From assembly GCA_965287045.1 (NCBI GenBank), contig OZ336880.1, positions 27,342,001 to 27,406,000 on the forward strand: a stretch of 64,000 nucleotides of DNA, given 5' to 3'. Position 1 is the first letter of the stretch; each line of letters opens with the position of its first letter. Below are positions 40,600 to 53,572 of this stretch, piece after piece. The notes beneath the pieces were generated by a model, which saw only the letters and a list, made by a program, of their open reading frames with translations, did not search any database and was not told the origin of the DNA. A program made the position numbers and the translations under genes. This DNA is from Carcharhinus amblyrhynchos. Taxonomy: Eukaryota.

Positions 40600-43500
40600 T
40601 AGTAGAAAAATACTGTTGGGGAAACTGATGGGATTGAAGGCTGATAAATCCCCAGGGCCTGATTTACATCTGAGTACTTAAGGAAGTGGACTGAGAAAGT
40701 GGATGCATTTGTGGTCATCTTCCAAGACTCTATAGACCCCAGAACAGTTCCTACAGATTGGAGAGTAGCTAATGTAACCCACCATTTAAAAAGGGAGGTT
40801 GAGAGCAAGTAGGAAATTATGACCAAGTCTGACATTATATAGATATAGTACCTGAGTGAAAGGCATCAAAGGCTTTGTTTTTTCTTTGGGGCGGGTGGGG
40901 GGGTGCAGAAATCAAGTTGGATGATCAGCCTTAAAATCAATGAATGTGAGAGGCCCAAATGCTTCCTCCTGCTAATTTCTACTGTCACACAGAGTTGGTA
41001 CACTATTGAGATACTGGACTTCATGATGTGTCACAAGTTATGAAAGGATATCATGCCTGACAATTCAACTGGAATTCTTTGAAGTAATTAGTAAGTTGAA
41101 GGGTAGCCTGTGGATGCAGATTACTTGGATTTTCAAATGGCTTTCAAAGTCCCACATAAGAGATTAGCATGTAAAACTACAGCATATGGGATTGGGGGTA
41201 GTACATTGAGATGGATAGAAAACTGGTTGGCATTCAGGAAATAGTTGAAATAAACTGGTCTTTTTTTCAAAAAACATGAGGCAGTGACTAGTGGAGTACC
41301 ACAGGGATCAATGCTGGGACCCCAACAATTCATTATTAATGATTTGAGAGAACTAATGTAATACCTCCAAATTTGCAGATGACACAAAGCTGGGTGGGAG
41401 GGTCAACTGCGAGGAGGATGCAGAGATGCTTCAGTGTGATTTGGACAAGTTGAACAAGTGGGCAAATGAATGGCAGATGCACTATCGTTTGGATAAATGT
41501 GAGGTTCAGTAATCTGCCTTCATGTTTTTATTACTATCTGAATGGCCATAAATTGAGAGAAGGGAATGTGTATTGAGACCTGATGTCCTGTACACCAGTC
41601 ACTGAAACTAAGCATGCAAGTGCAGCAGGTAGCAAAGAAAAGACAAATGGTACATTGGCCTTCGTAGCAAAAGGGTGTGTACCGGAGTAGGATAGAACAG
41701 TACAGGCCCTTCGGCCCTCGATGTTGTGTCGAGCTATGTCCAAACCCAAGATCAAGCTATCCCACTCCCCATCATTCTGATGTGCTCCATGTGCTTATCC
41801 AATAACAGCTTGAAAATTCCTAAAGTGTCCGACTCCACTATCATGGCAGGTAGTGCATTCCACGTGCCAACCACTCTCTGATTAAAGAACCTACCTTGAA
41901 CAACCCTCATATGTCCCACCATGAACCTTATAGTTATGCCCCCTAGAAACAGCTACATCCACCCAAGGAAATAGAGTAGACATGCAGAGACTATCTATCC
42001 CCCTCATCTTATAAATCTCTATTAAGTAGCCTCTTATCCTCCTCCATTCTAAAGAAAAAAAAAGCCCCAGCTCCCTGAACCCTTCCTCATAAGACCTACT
42101 CTCCAAACCAGGCAGCATCCTGGTAAATCTCCTCTGCACTCTCTCCAATGCTTCCACATCCTTCTTATAGTGAGGTGACCAGAACTGCACACAATATTCC
42201 AAACGTGGTCCTGTATAGTTGCACCATAACCCCATGACTCAAACCCCCTGTTAATAAACATTGACACATTATAGGCCTTCTTCACGGCTTTATCCACTTG
42301 AATAGCAACCTTCAGAGATCTGTGGTTATGAACTCCAAGATCTTTTTTCCTCCACATTCCTCAGAACCCTGCCATTGACCCTGATACAATTATATAGGGC
42401 TTTCGTGATGCCACACTTGAAATATTGTGTGCAGTTTTGGCCTCCTTATCTGAGGAAGGATGTTTTTGCTCTGGAGGGAATGCAGAGGAGTTTTACCAGG
42501 CTGATTCCTGGGATGATGGAATTGACATATGAGAGATCAAGTCTGTTTGGATTGTATTCACTGGAGTTCAAACGAATGAGGGCCAATCTCACAGAAATCT
42601 ATTAAGTTCTAACGTGACTAGCAACATCAGGTTACAGTCCAACAGGTTGATTTGATCACAAAAGCCACTAGCTTTCAGAGCACTTGCTGCACCTTTGTCA
42701 GCTAAGTGGGATTTCAGTTCATAAACACGGCATATAAAGACACAAGCCCAATTTACAAAATAATGGCTGGAATGAGAGTCTTTACAGGGAATCAAGTCTT
42801 AAAAGGTACAGACAATGTGAGTGGAGAGCACGTTAAGCACAAGTTAAAGAGACAAGTATTGTCTCCAGCCAGGTTAGTTAGTGAGATTATGCAAGCCCAG
42901 GCAAGTCATGGGGGTTTCAGATAATGTGACATGAACCCAAGGTCCCAGTTGAGGCCATCCGCTGTATGCGGAACTTGGTTACCAGTCTCAGCTCAGCAAC
43001 TTTGTGCTGTCATGTGTCATGAAGGCCACCTTACCCAAAGGTCAGAGGACAAATGCCCACGACCACTGAAGTGTTTCCCAACAGGAAGAGAACGGTCTTG
43101 TCAGGTGATTGTCGAGTGATGTTCATTCATCTGTTGTCTTAGTGTCAGCATAGTCTCCCCAATGTACCATGCCTCAGAACATCCTTTCCTGCAGCATATC
43201 AGGTAGACAATGTTGGCCGAGTTGCAAGTGTACATACCGTGTACCTGGTGGATGGTGTTCTCACATGAGATGATGGAATCCGTGTCGATGATCCAGCTTG
43301 TCTCAGAGGTTGCTGTGGCAGGGTTCTGTGATGTCATGGTCACTGTTCTCCTGAAGGCTGGGTAGTTTGCTGTGGACAATGGTCTGTTTGAGGTTGTGCG
43401 GTTGTTTGAAGGCAAGAATTGGAGGTGTGGGGATAGCCTTGGCGAGATGTTTGTCTTCATAAATTACATGTTGAAGATGCCAGAGACAATGATGTAGCTT

Positions 43501-44630
43501 CGCCACTCCAGGAAAGTATTAGATGAAGGGTACTCTGTTCACCATGCCATCATCTCACGTGAGAACACCATCCACCAGGTACACAGTACAAACACTTGCA
43601 ACCCAGCCAACATTCTGTTCATCAAGCCTGTAGCTGATACACTGCAGGAAAGGATGTCCCGAGGCATGATACATTGGGAAGACCATGCAGACACTACAAC
43701 AACAAACGAACGAACACTGCTCGACAATCACCAGGCAAGAGTGTACTCTTCCTGTTGGGGAACACTTCAGTGGTCATGGGCATTCGGCCTCTGATCTTTG
43801 AGAAAGCGTTCTCTAGGGTGGCCTTCACAACACATGACAGTGCAGAGTTGCTGAGCAGAGACTGATAGCCAAGTTCCACACATGAGAACGGCCTCAACCA
43901 GGATCTTGGGTTCACGTCACACTATCTGTAGCCCCCACAACTTGCCTGGGCTTGCAAAATCTTACTAATTGTCCTGACTGGAGACATTTCTTTAATCTGT
44001 GCTTAACCCACTCTCCACTCACATTCTCTATACCTTTTGAGACTCGATTACCTGTAAAGACTCGCATTCCAACCACTATTTTGTAAATTGAATCTGTGTC
44101 TTTATATGCCTTGTTTGTGAATGAAATCCCACTCATCTGATGTAGGAGAAGCAAGCGCTCTGAAAGCTAGTGGCTTTTGCTACCAAATTAACCCTGCTGG
44201 ACTTTAAACTGGTGTTGAAAAACTTCTCACTGTGTTTTCTCCAGTCCAATGCCAGCATCTCCACGTCATGGATAACATGACTAGACAGGGTAGATGCAAG
44301 AAGGTTAATCCTGATGGCAGGGTTGTGCAAAACCAGGAATCAGAGTCTGAGGATACAAGGTAGACGGTTTAGGACAGATGAGGGAGAAATTTCTTTGCCC
44401 AGAGAGGAGTCGACCTTCAGCCTATGGAATTCACTACCAGAGAAAATTGTTGAGGCCAAAACATTGTAGGTTTTCAAGAAGCAGTTAGACATAGCACAAG
44501 GCAAAGAGGTTCAAAGGCAGGGATGGGCAGGCAGGATCAGGTTATTGAGTTGGATGATCAGCCATGATCATAATGAATGAAGCAAGTCTGAAGGGCTGAC
44601 TGGCCTCCTCTTACTCCTAACTTCTACGTT
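40600..44630. mobile_element. CR1 RT (+) interrupted by an opposite-strand CR1 (about 41690-42375) and by a PLE (42622-44272)
   Basis: + strand GVPQGSMLGP/FADDTK remnants and LKYCVQFWPPYLRKD; - strand LEYCVQFWSPHYKKD; the + CR1 resumes at 44273. Confidence 0.85.
42622..44272. mobile_element. Penelope-like element with inverted arms, each carrying a GIY-YIG endonuclease remnant
   Basis: YTCNSANIVYLICCRKGCSEAWYIGETMLTLRQQMNEH on -; mirrored copy on + from about 43541; 12-bp TSD TAACRTGACTAG at 42610-42621 and 44273-44284. Confidence 0.92.
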
Positions 44631-45380
44631 TGGAAAAGGATCACTTTCATCACTTCCAAACATATATTTCCTTCTCCTCCTCTCCCAAAATTCTGAAGGC
44701 ATCATTCCCTCTACAACACCCTGGTGCACTCTTCAATCTTCATTACATGTCCGTTCCCACAGCACTGTCCTATGGATGAGATGCAATACCTACCTTTTTA
44801 CATCCACCCTTCCAAAAATGCCAGGCACCAAGCATTCCAAGCAGCAAATGTCTTGTACTTTCAAATGTGGTATTCTGTATTCTCTGCTTATGAAGCAGAC
44901 TTGCCAATAGTACAGAAACCAAACACACATTGGGTGACAATCCTGCAGAGCACCTTCCAATCTGAAAGTGTGATCCCAAACTTCCAGTCACTGCTATTTC
45001 AATATTCTAGCCCAGTCCCACTTTGACCTTTGCCCTCAGTCTCCCACACTTTTCCAAAAAAGCTCAATGAGCTCAAGAAGCAGTACTTCGTCTTTTAATT
45101 ACAACCTTCCAATCTCTGAGTTCCATAATTTCAGATTTATAACCTCTCCCCATTCTCTCCCAGAAAATAGCTGTTACTGACACTTTCGCCAATTCGGGAT
45201 CTATTGTTTGAATCTTGAATTAAAACAGCTTTTTTGTCATTTAAATCTACCTTTCATCTAATCAGAGACCTCCAGGTTTGTTCTTTCCTCCCACACCTCC
45301 TTTCCCTGTCTGTTTTTGCAGAAGTAGCTCTTTTTAATTTTGAAATAAGATCAACCCCCTGAAAGAACCCTGTTTCTTCA

Positions 45381-45846
45381 CTCATGTGCGCGGAACTTGG
45401 CTATCAGTCTCTGCTCAGCGGCTGAGCAGAGGCTGATAGCCAAGTTCTGCACACGAGGACAGTCTCAACAGGGATCCTGGGTTCATGTTGCACTATCTGT
45501 AACCCCCATAACTTGCCTGGGTTTGTAAAACCTCACACTGTACTCTCTGGAGACAATACACATCTCTTTAACCTGTGCTCAATGCTCCTTCCACTCACAT
45601 TGTTGGCCACTTTAAGACTTGAATAGCAGGTTGGGTGTAAAGATTCACATTCTAATCAGTAATCTGTAAACTGCCTGTGCTGTTATATGCTCTGTCTGAG
45701 GCCAGTACTCTCCATTCACCTGACGAAGAGGCAAACCTCGAAAGCTTGTAAGTTTACTATCAAATAAATCGGTTGGAATTAAACCTGGTGTTGTCAGACT
45801 TCTTACTGTGTTTACCCCAGTCCAACGCTGGCAACTCCACATCATG
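45381..45846 (+). mobile_element. PLE 3' end with a short fold-back junction
   Basis: 45381-45419 is the near reverse complement of 45421-45457; the element then runs to the family tail ...CTCCACATCAT. Confidence 0.85.
45714..45753 (+). ncRNA. Minimal type I hammerhead ribozyme motif (PLE-associated)
   Basis: ATTCAC-CTGACGA-A-GAGG caaa CCTC-GAAA-GC-TT-GTAAGT. Confidence 0.7.
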
Positions 45847-46149
45847 CCAACTGTATCTTATCCAGGCCTGCTCCTCAACCTAGGCCCTGTAACCCCATAC
45901 ATTTACCACTGCTAATCCATCGAAGGGGCAATTTATCATGGCCAATCCACATGACCTGCACATCTTTGTCCTGTGAGTACTTCAGCATTTTACTTTTATT
46001 TAAGTTTTATATTTGTTTGCCAAATAAAACATGCATCAAGGTTAAAACAATGTGTCGCTATTGAGTCACCAACTGGTCACCTTGCACAACATTCCCACTA
46101 CAGAAAATCAAATACGTTTCCCTTTGCTTTCTCTGACGTCAGTTTTACT

Positions 46150-47615
46150 TACATAAGAACATAAGAAATAGCAGGAGTAGGCCATCTAGCCCCTTGAGCC
46201 TGCCCCACCATTCAATAAGATCATGGCTGATCTGAAGTGGCTCAGTTCCACTTTCCCGCCTTCTCCCCATAACCTTTAATCCCCTTGCCTACCAAAAACC
46301 TATCTACCCGCGTCTTAAATATATTTAGTGAGGCAGCCTCCACCACTTCAACGGGCAGAGAATTCCAGAGATTCACCACCCTTTGAGTGAAGTTCCTCCT
46401 GAACTCCTTTCTAAACTGTCCCCCCTTATCTTGAGGCTGTGCCCTCTAGTCCTATTGTCCTTTGAGTGGGAAGAACCTCTCCACCTCTACCCTATCCATC
46501 CCATTCATCATCTTGTACGTCTCAATGAGATCTCCCCTCACCCTTCTAAACTCTAACGAGTACAAGCCTAGTTTATTCAGCCTCTCCTCATAGCTCAACC
46601 CCCTCAACTCCAGTATCAGCCTAGTGAACCTCCTCTGCACTCCCTCCAAGGCCAAAATATCCTTGCGTAAGTGCGGCGACCAAAACTGCACACAGTACTC
46701 CAGCTGCGGCCTCACCAATGCCCTGTACAATTGCAGCAAGACCTCTCTACTTTTATATTCAATCCCCCTCGCTATGAAGGCCAGCATCCCATTCACCTTC
46801 CTGACCACCTGCTGCACCTGCAGGCTGGGTTTTTGCAACTCATGCACAAGGACCCCCAGGTCCCTCTGCACTGTAGCATGCTGCAGCTTTTTGCCATGTA
46901 AGTAGTAGTCCTTCCTACCATTATTCCTACCAAAGTGGACAACCTCACACTTGCCAACATTAAATTCCATTTGCCAGTTCCTCACCCATTCGCTCAGCCT
47001 ATCTAGATCCCTCTGCAGACTTTCCACACCCTCCGCACAATTTGCCGTTCCACCAATCTTGGTGTCATCAGCAAACTTCGACACCTTACACTCGGTTCCC
47101 TCCTCCAGATCATCTATATAAATGGTAAATAGCTGAGGCCCCAGCACCGACCCCTGGGGCACTCCACTAGTCACCAACCGCCAATCCGAATAGCACCCAT
47201 TGACACCCACTCTCTGCCTCCTATTTGACAGCCAATCCCCTATCCACACTAACACCCTACCCCCAACTCCACATCCCCTAACCTTCTGTAACAACCTCTT
47301 GTGTGGCACCTTATCAAACGCCTTCTGAAAATCAAGAAACACCACATCCACCGGTTCCCCTCTATCCAACACACTAGACACATCCTCATAGAATTCCAAT
47401 AAATTCGTCAGACACGACTTCCCCTTAACGAAACCGTGCTGCATCTGCTCTACCAAACAATTCTCCTTAAGATGCCTCGCTATTTTCTCCTTAATTACGG
47501 ATTCAAGCATTTTACCTACAACAGACGTTAAACTAACCGGCCTATAATTCCCTGCCTTTTGCCTACTACCCTTTTTAAACAACAGCGTAACATTAGCTGT
47601 TTTCCAATCGTCCAG
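46150..47615 (-). mobile_element. Young 5'-truncated CR1 with uninterrupted RT frame
   Basis: ORF 46452-47738 (CR1 part starts at DDWKTANV; KFADD); ACATAAGAACATAAGA tail on +. Confidence 0.95.
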
Positions 47616-49189
47616 CGAGGATTGTATTACTTCGTAATGCAATAATGGAATCCAGGACAAACAAAAAGTCAATTCTTTAATAGAACAAAAAGATGTTATC
47701 ACTGGTAAAGCAATGGAAATTATGTGACTGCTGTACACTTAAAATTAGTCTGAAGTTCTAAAAAGGAGTCATGAAGGTTTTTCAAAAAAAGGTGGGAGAT
47801 AATTCAAGACACGTACAACAGAATATAATCTTCCTTCTCTAGTTAAGAGTGACCACAGCTCATCAGCAGTAACATAGTAGCATCTCAATGTGAATAACAT
47901 TTAAAGACTAAGTTTTGGGGAAAATATTCACTGCTACAGGATCACAGAACAATCATATCTAGGGGAGTTTCACAGTAATTTAATTCCAGTGTGAATGTAA
48001 GCCTACTTGTGTTTGTTTAAAAAGTTTAAGTTTATTTTAGTCACATCAGGTTCCACATGTACTCTAATGACACTCAATTTTGCTTCACTATCACTTTTCT
48101 TAACCTGTTGTCAATTGGCTGACATCCAGTTCTAGGCTTTCCAATCCTAAAACACCTGGAAACTAAAGCCACTGCCTTCCGACTGCTATAAACTTTGTTC
48201 CCTAGCGAATGATTCATCCCTCTTCCTAGTCACTTCTCAGGCTAGGAATCTGTTGCATGTGGTGTTGAAGTACCAACCATCAGCCCATCTGATGTCAAAC
48301 CCACATTCTTTTCACATTCAGAACTAACTATCCTGATGCTTTTCCGGCCAGCATTCCATTTTTCACCCATGAACTTATGCTCAAAGACTGTACTGTCTGT
48401 AGCCTAACTCACACCAAAGCTTACTTATCCCGCACCTCCAAAACTGCATGGACTCCCAGTTAACCAAAACACTTACTTTCTCACATTCAAATCTATCCAT
48501 AGACTTTGCCCATCCTTATCCCCAAAGCCACCCCCAGGCCAATAGCATTCTGAGCCTTAAACTTGTCTCCCTCTCCTTCTTTAAAATATTCCTGAAAACT
48601 AACCTCATTGACCAAATTTTTGATCACTTGTCCTGATTATGTCCCACTCTGTCAATTTTTGTTTGATTATGCTCCTGTAAAGCACACTATTCTATAAACT
48701 GTTTCTTTTGAAGCTCATGAATAACGTTTGCTTACACATTTATGGAGGATCAGTGTAAGCAGAATTTCACTTAACACCACTTGTTAGTCATTTTGAATGA
48801 TATTCCCACAATTTTTTTTGCAGGTTCTTGTCAAAAGTATTATATTTCCCTATTCACACAACCAGATTCAAAGTTTGCAATGTGAAGTGCTGACCAAATA
48901 AAGTTAAATCCAATGAAGAAAGATTTTACAAATACAATTTCAAGCTACCACTCCAATACATGAAATGTTTTGTGAAGGTATGAAGCTGAGTTCAAATGCA
49001 GTAAATTTCTCACACAAGCCATATGGCATCACGCATAGAAACTTAAAAGGAAGTCACTGCTTGCTGTTATCTAGCAATAAATGCAGCCAGCTCATGAAGA
49101 CAGCAATCTGGTTGCCAACCTGTTTCCTAGTATCAGTAAAAAAGTCTGACAACACCAGGTTTTAGTCCAACCTATTTATTTGATAATAT

Positions 49190-49229
49190 ACTCACAAGCT
49201 TTCGGGGTTAGCCCCTTCGTCAGGTGAAT
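49190..49229 (-). ncRNA. Minimal hammerhead ribozyme motif (sense to COQ10B pre-mRNA)
   Basis: Exact reverse complement of the motif at 49661-49700. Confidence 0.72.
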
Positions 49230-49660
49230 GGAGAATTCTGGCCTCAGACAGAGCATATAAAGCACAGACAGTTTAGAGATTACTGATTAGAATGCGAATC
49301 CTTACACCTAACCTGCTGTTCAAGACCTGAAGTGGCTGATAATGTGCGTGGAAGGAGCACTGATCACAGTTTAAAGAGATGTGTATTGTCTCCAGACAGT
49401 ACAGTAAGTGAGGTTTTTGCAAACCCATTCATGTCGCACTATCTGTAACCCCTGTGACTTGCCTGGGTTTGCAAAACCTCACTTACTGTACTGTCTGGAG
49501 ACAATACACATCTCTTTAAACTGTGATCAGTGCTCCTTCCACTCACATTATCAGCCACTTCAGGTCTTGAACAGCAGGTTAGGTGTAAGGATTCGCATTC
49601 TAATCAGTAATCTCTAAACTGTTTGTGCTTTATATGCTCTGTCTGAGGCCAGAACTCTCC

Positions 49661-49700
49661 ATTCACCTGACGAAGGGGCTAACCCCGAAAGCTTGTGAGT
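49661..49700 (+). ncRNA. Minimal type I hammerhead ribozyme motif
   Basis: ATTCAC-CTGACGA-A-GGGG ctaa CCCC-GAAA-GC-TT-GTGAGT: stem I ATTCAC/GTGAGT, intact core, palindromic AAGCTT in place of stem III. Confidence 0.75.
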
Positions 49701-50580
49701 ATATTATCAAATAAATAGGTTGGACTAAAACCTGGTGTTGTCAGACTTTTTACTGTGTTTACGCCAGTCCAACGCCAGCATACCCACATCATCCTAGTAT
49801 CAGAACAGGGCACAAATAGGTGTAACACAAAGGTGATTTAATTATAATTCTACATACTGGTAACATAATGGATATCAAAAGGCAAGCTTTCATGCTGGAA
49901 AACGGGCATGAAACTTAATCCAGAGTTTATTTTCCTTGTTATTGTTTGCTGTTCAAGGTGATGCATGTTAGTATTGCAATATGGAACATTACTCATTTTG
50001 AGGCACCGACCACTCCAGGTGAGGCAAGCACAGGCAAGACGGTGGCACAAAGTCAGATGAAGCGTTGATATATTTTATCTAATCAAGTCTTTAAAATATC
50101 CAACACCCAAAATCAGCCGCTGTTGCGATAAGTTTGATTGTTGTTTTCATCTTATTATTTTAGTACACGTAACCGCAGAGATACCGTTGTACTAATGCAA
50201 TAATGACCACTGCAATTTTAAACAGATGTGACAGGATCCTGATATAATAAATGGCCTGATGTGCCAAGGGTATCACAACGATGAGAATCTGCCCACTTGT
50301 TACAGTTTAAAAGTCGCGCTCTGAACATCTCCCCCTCCCGCAAATGTTAAAATTGCGACCCAGATTCCAACCCATACAGGCTCAGAACTGCCTCACTACC
50401 CTGCTGCGCTGAACCACGTCCGCTCGCAACGAAACGAGAGACCGGGCCTTTAGCACTGAAAACCAAAAGCGATCCCCAACCCAAACTTTCCAAGGTCGGC
50501 AGTTTGGAGACAGAGGGTGGGGCGGCTCGGTGGCACGTGAACCACGCCGGAAAGCAGATTAAAGCTGTCTGAAAAGCTAC

Positions 50581-50678
50581 CTCACGGCGTATTTAGCCTG
50601 TCTCTCCCGGACGAGGTAGACGGGAAATTCGAAGACATCACGAAGAACCTTCCGTAAAGGCCTACCGCTTCTCGCCAT
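50581..50678 (-). CDS. COQ10B: COQ10B exon 1 (Arg-rich, presequence-like N-terminus)
   Basis: ATG in good context (AAAATGG-like) within a CpG-rich region; MARSGRPLRKVLRDVFEFPVYLVRERQAKYAVR; the phase-2 AG|GT donor joins exon 2 in frame (total 708 nt, 235 aa). Confidence 0.8.
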
Positions 50679-50689
50679 TTCACCCTTTG

Positions 50690-50945
50690 TGAAGACCGGC
50701 CAACCGCCCTCCTGTGACGTCAGCAAGTAGCCCCGCCCCGTCTGACGCGTGGCTCCCTAGCCCCGCCCCTCGCGTCCACATTCTGCCTTCTGACTGGCTG
50801 CGCCACCATACCGGAGTGGGCGGGGGTGGGTTGCCGAGCGACCCAGAACGTCAGTCCTGTGATGTCACAATATTTCCACTGGCAGGTTATGTAAAGGTTT
50901 GTCACGGGATTCGGCGGCGTTGCCAGCGGGCGGATTTACCTCGAG
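50690..50945 (-). promoter_or_regulatory. COQ10B CpG-rich promoter with CRE and GC boxes
   Basis: Palindromic TGACGTCA at 50715-50722; CCCCGCCCC at 50731 and 50761; GGGCGGGG near 50818; CRE-like TGATGTCA near 50860. Confidence 0.8.
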
Positions 50946-51731
50946 ACAAACATGTCTTAGACATATATGGTAACTGCTTTTAAAAATACCCTGCAAATGT
51001 GACCAACATTAAGGGTCAGGTACAAACGGACTTAAATTATTACTTTACCGATCACAAGCCTGGCGGTTACACTACCTTTTTGCAATTTCGAAAAGGAAAA
51101 ATAAACTTTTCAAAAATCAAATTAATTAAATAATCAGCTAACACGTAAAAGGCAGAATTCTTCTCGAAAGAAATACAGAAGGTAAAACTCGCAAGTTGGG
51201 AAAAGATATACTGCTTTTGGAAATGCTTTCTATTTCCCTGAAACTTCAATTCTATGAAAGGACACAGCATTATATGTACCCTAAATCCGCGATAACAGAA
51301 CAACTGAATAGAGAGTATAACACGATCCAAAATGTTGGGATTGGAGTTAGGCTCAAAGTTAGCACCCCCCCCCCCCCCCACCCCCGAAGTTCTGCTTCAA
51401 CCTCAATGGTTTAGATTGCTCCCTACCATTTATTCTTACCACTGTCATCATAATTAGAGTTTTATTATATATACTTTCATGCCATGTGACTGGTTTAAAA
51501 ATAACATTCTGTGCACTTTAAAACCACATGACTATGTACCATGGTCTTCTCCTCATGAAAGTTTAAAATATTGCTTTGGAGACAGAGAATGAGGGCCTTT
51601 CAATACCGCCTGTAACTACAATTTCCTTATATATCAGCTTGGACGAAGAGTCATCTTGAGTCAAAACGTTGGCATTACTCTCTATAAATGCTGTCAGACC
51701 TGCTGAGATTTTCCAGCATTTCCTGTTCTTG

Positions 51732-52056
51732 TTCTTGCGGGTTGAACCAAGTAAACAATCTTAAATTACGTTCGGACAAAGAAAAAGGGGGCGGCTCCCC
51801 AAAAGAGGGGGAATGGTCCGAACGGAAACAAAAAGTACAAAGGAAACTTAAGACAAGTCAAATCAAAATGTGATTGTCGGGGTCTATAAGGCACCTCAGC
51901 CCCTGCGGTGCCCAACAGGCACGGAAGGCCTCCACTGTGCCCGCGGACACCGCGTGCTCCCTCTCCAGGGACACCTGGCCGCGAACGTAACCGCGGTAGA
52001 GGGGCAGGCAGTCGGGACGGACGGCCCCGTCGATCGCCCGCTGCCTGGACCTGTTG
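51732..52056 (-). mobile_element. 5'-truncated Tx1/L1-like non-LTR 3' end
   Basis: GC-rich ORF ending ...GYVRGQVSLEREHAVSAGTVEAFRACWAPQG...LI* plus a pyrimidine-rich 3' UTR; 17-bp TSD AGCATTTCCTGTTCTTG at 51715-51731 and 52057-52073. Clade assignment from recall. Confidence 0.7.
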
Positions 52057-52254
52057 AGCATTTCCTGTTCTTGCTCCTTATATTTCTTCCCGTTTTAGAC
52101 CTCAAATGCATATTCCCTGTGCTCAAAAGGGCAAAGCTGTTGGATTGTTCATACTTCCTCATAAGTCTTGGCTGACTATCAGAAAAAAGGCTTCTATTGA
52201 TATAGCGATTTACACATAATCTATGTGCTTCATAATCTATGAAATATTTAGTCA

Positions 52255-52420
52255 CTGGTGTGCAAGGCAAATTCCCACAAACAGCAACCTGAGAATGAGT
52301 GGTTAATTTTATGTTAGTTGATGGATCAATATTGGCAAAAACTCTCCTGCTTGTCTTCAAAATAACACCACGGGATTTCTCACAGCTACCCGAATATAAT
52401 GTCTCATCTGATCAGAGAGA
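52255..52420 (-). mobile_element. Deu-domain SINE-like remnant
   Basis: GCAAATTCCCACAAACAGCAA...AATATTGGC...CTCCTGCT..TCTTCAAAATA..CCACGGGAT matches the recalled DeuSINE core (reverse strand). Confidence 0.55.
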
Positions 52421-52911
52421 CTTGCATGCAACCCTGATTTAGTACAGACTCTTTCTTGACTTTGGAATTCCCCAGTTTTGTTGGTGATCTTTACAGATTA
52501 GTCAAATCAGTAGTTTGTCAGAGATGTACATGACACATAATAATTTATATTAAATAATGGCCTGAAGAACAAATATGATGCATTCTCAGCCAATTACATT
52601 CACGCCAGATTTCACAATCCTTATATTGACTTTTTTGAGACATAAGTCAGGTTTTTTTTTTAAAAATCAAGTTGAAATTACGAATTTCTATCCTTTCAGG
52701 TTTATAAATTCAAAAGGATTGGCAAAGTTGAGATTTCAAACAAGTAACTTTTACCTTTAAATTGCATCCTCCATTTCAACAATTCATGAAGTTTACTTGT
52801 CTTTACTGCAGAAAGCTGCAACACAAATGGACTTTGGGGCACTTCTGCATGAAATACAGAAAGCTGGCACACAGGTGCAGCAGATAATCAGGAAGGAATG
52901 TTAGCCGTTAT

Positions 52912-53572
52912 TTGATTTGATTTATTAATGTCAGATGAATTGTTATACAATGAAAAATATTGTTCTGTACAGGCAAAACATATCATTCACAAAGTACATA
53001 GGTGAGAAGGAATAAGGTCAGATATAGTGATCCAGTTACAGATTGGGTGACGAGAAAAATTAGCTTAATATATGTTAGGACCATTCAAAAATCTGGCAAC
53101 ACGGAGAAAGCTGTTCTTGAGACAGTTGGTATGTGTTTTCAGACTTTGTATCTTTTTCTTGACGAAAGAAGGTGGAAGAGAATATGTCCAGAATGTGTGG
53201 GGTACTTGATTATGCTGGCTGCTTTCCTGAGGTAGCAGGAAGTATAGACAGAGTCAATGGATGAGGGGCTAGTTTGTGTAATGGACTGGGCTACATTCAC
53301 AATCCATTGCAGTTTCTTGCAGCCTTGGTTACAGCAGGAGCCATACCAAGATGTGATATATCCAGAAATGATACTTTCTATGTTGCATTTGTAAAAATTG
53401 GTGAGAGTTGTAGTAGACATGTTGACAAATTGTTGATGATCTGAACATCTCGAAAATTGACGCTCTTGACCATCTCCACTTCACCACTATTGATGTAGAA
53501 CAACTATGTTTCCTGAAGTCAATGACTATCTCCTTCGCTTTATTGATATTGAGGAAAAAATGATTGTATTTC
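52912..53572 (-). mobile_element. Rex1/Babar-like 3' fragment
   Basis: LNINKAKEIVIDFRK, LTNFYKCNIESIISGYITSWYG; TTTGATTTGATT tail on +. Confidence 0.8.

Larger units (their letters stand above)
49134..49792. mobile_element. Young fold-back PLE insertion: about 293-bp near-perfect inverted arms, 36-nt loop, 37-nt tail
   Basis: 49134-49427 versus 49464-49755; TSD CCTAGTAT(CAG) at 49126-49136 and 49793-49803. Confidence 0.95.

Noticed and set aside
46624-46905. Recurrent Cys-rich ORFs (also at 12976 and 56679)
   Set aside because: Antisense frames of CR1 RT copies.
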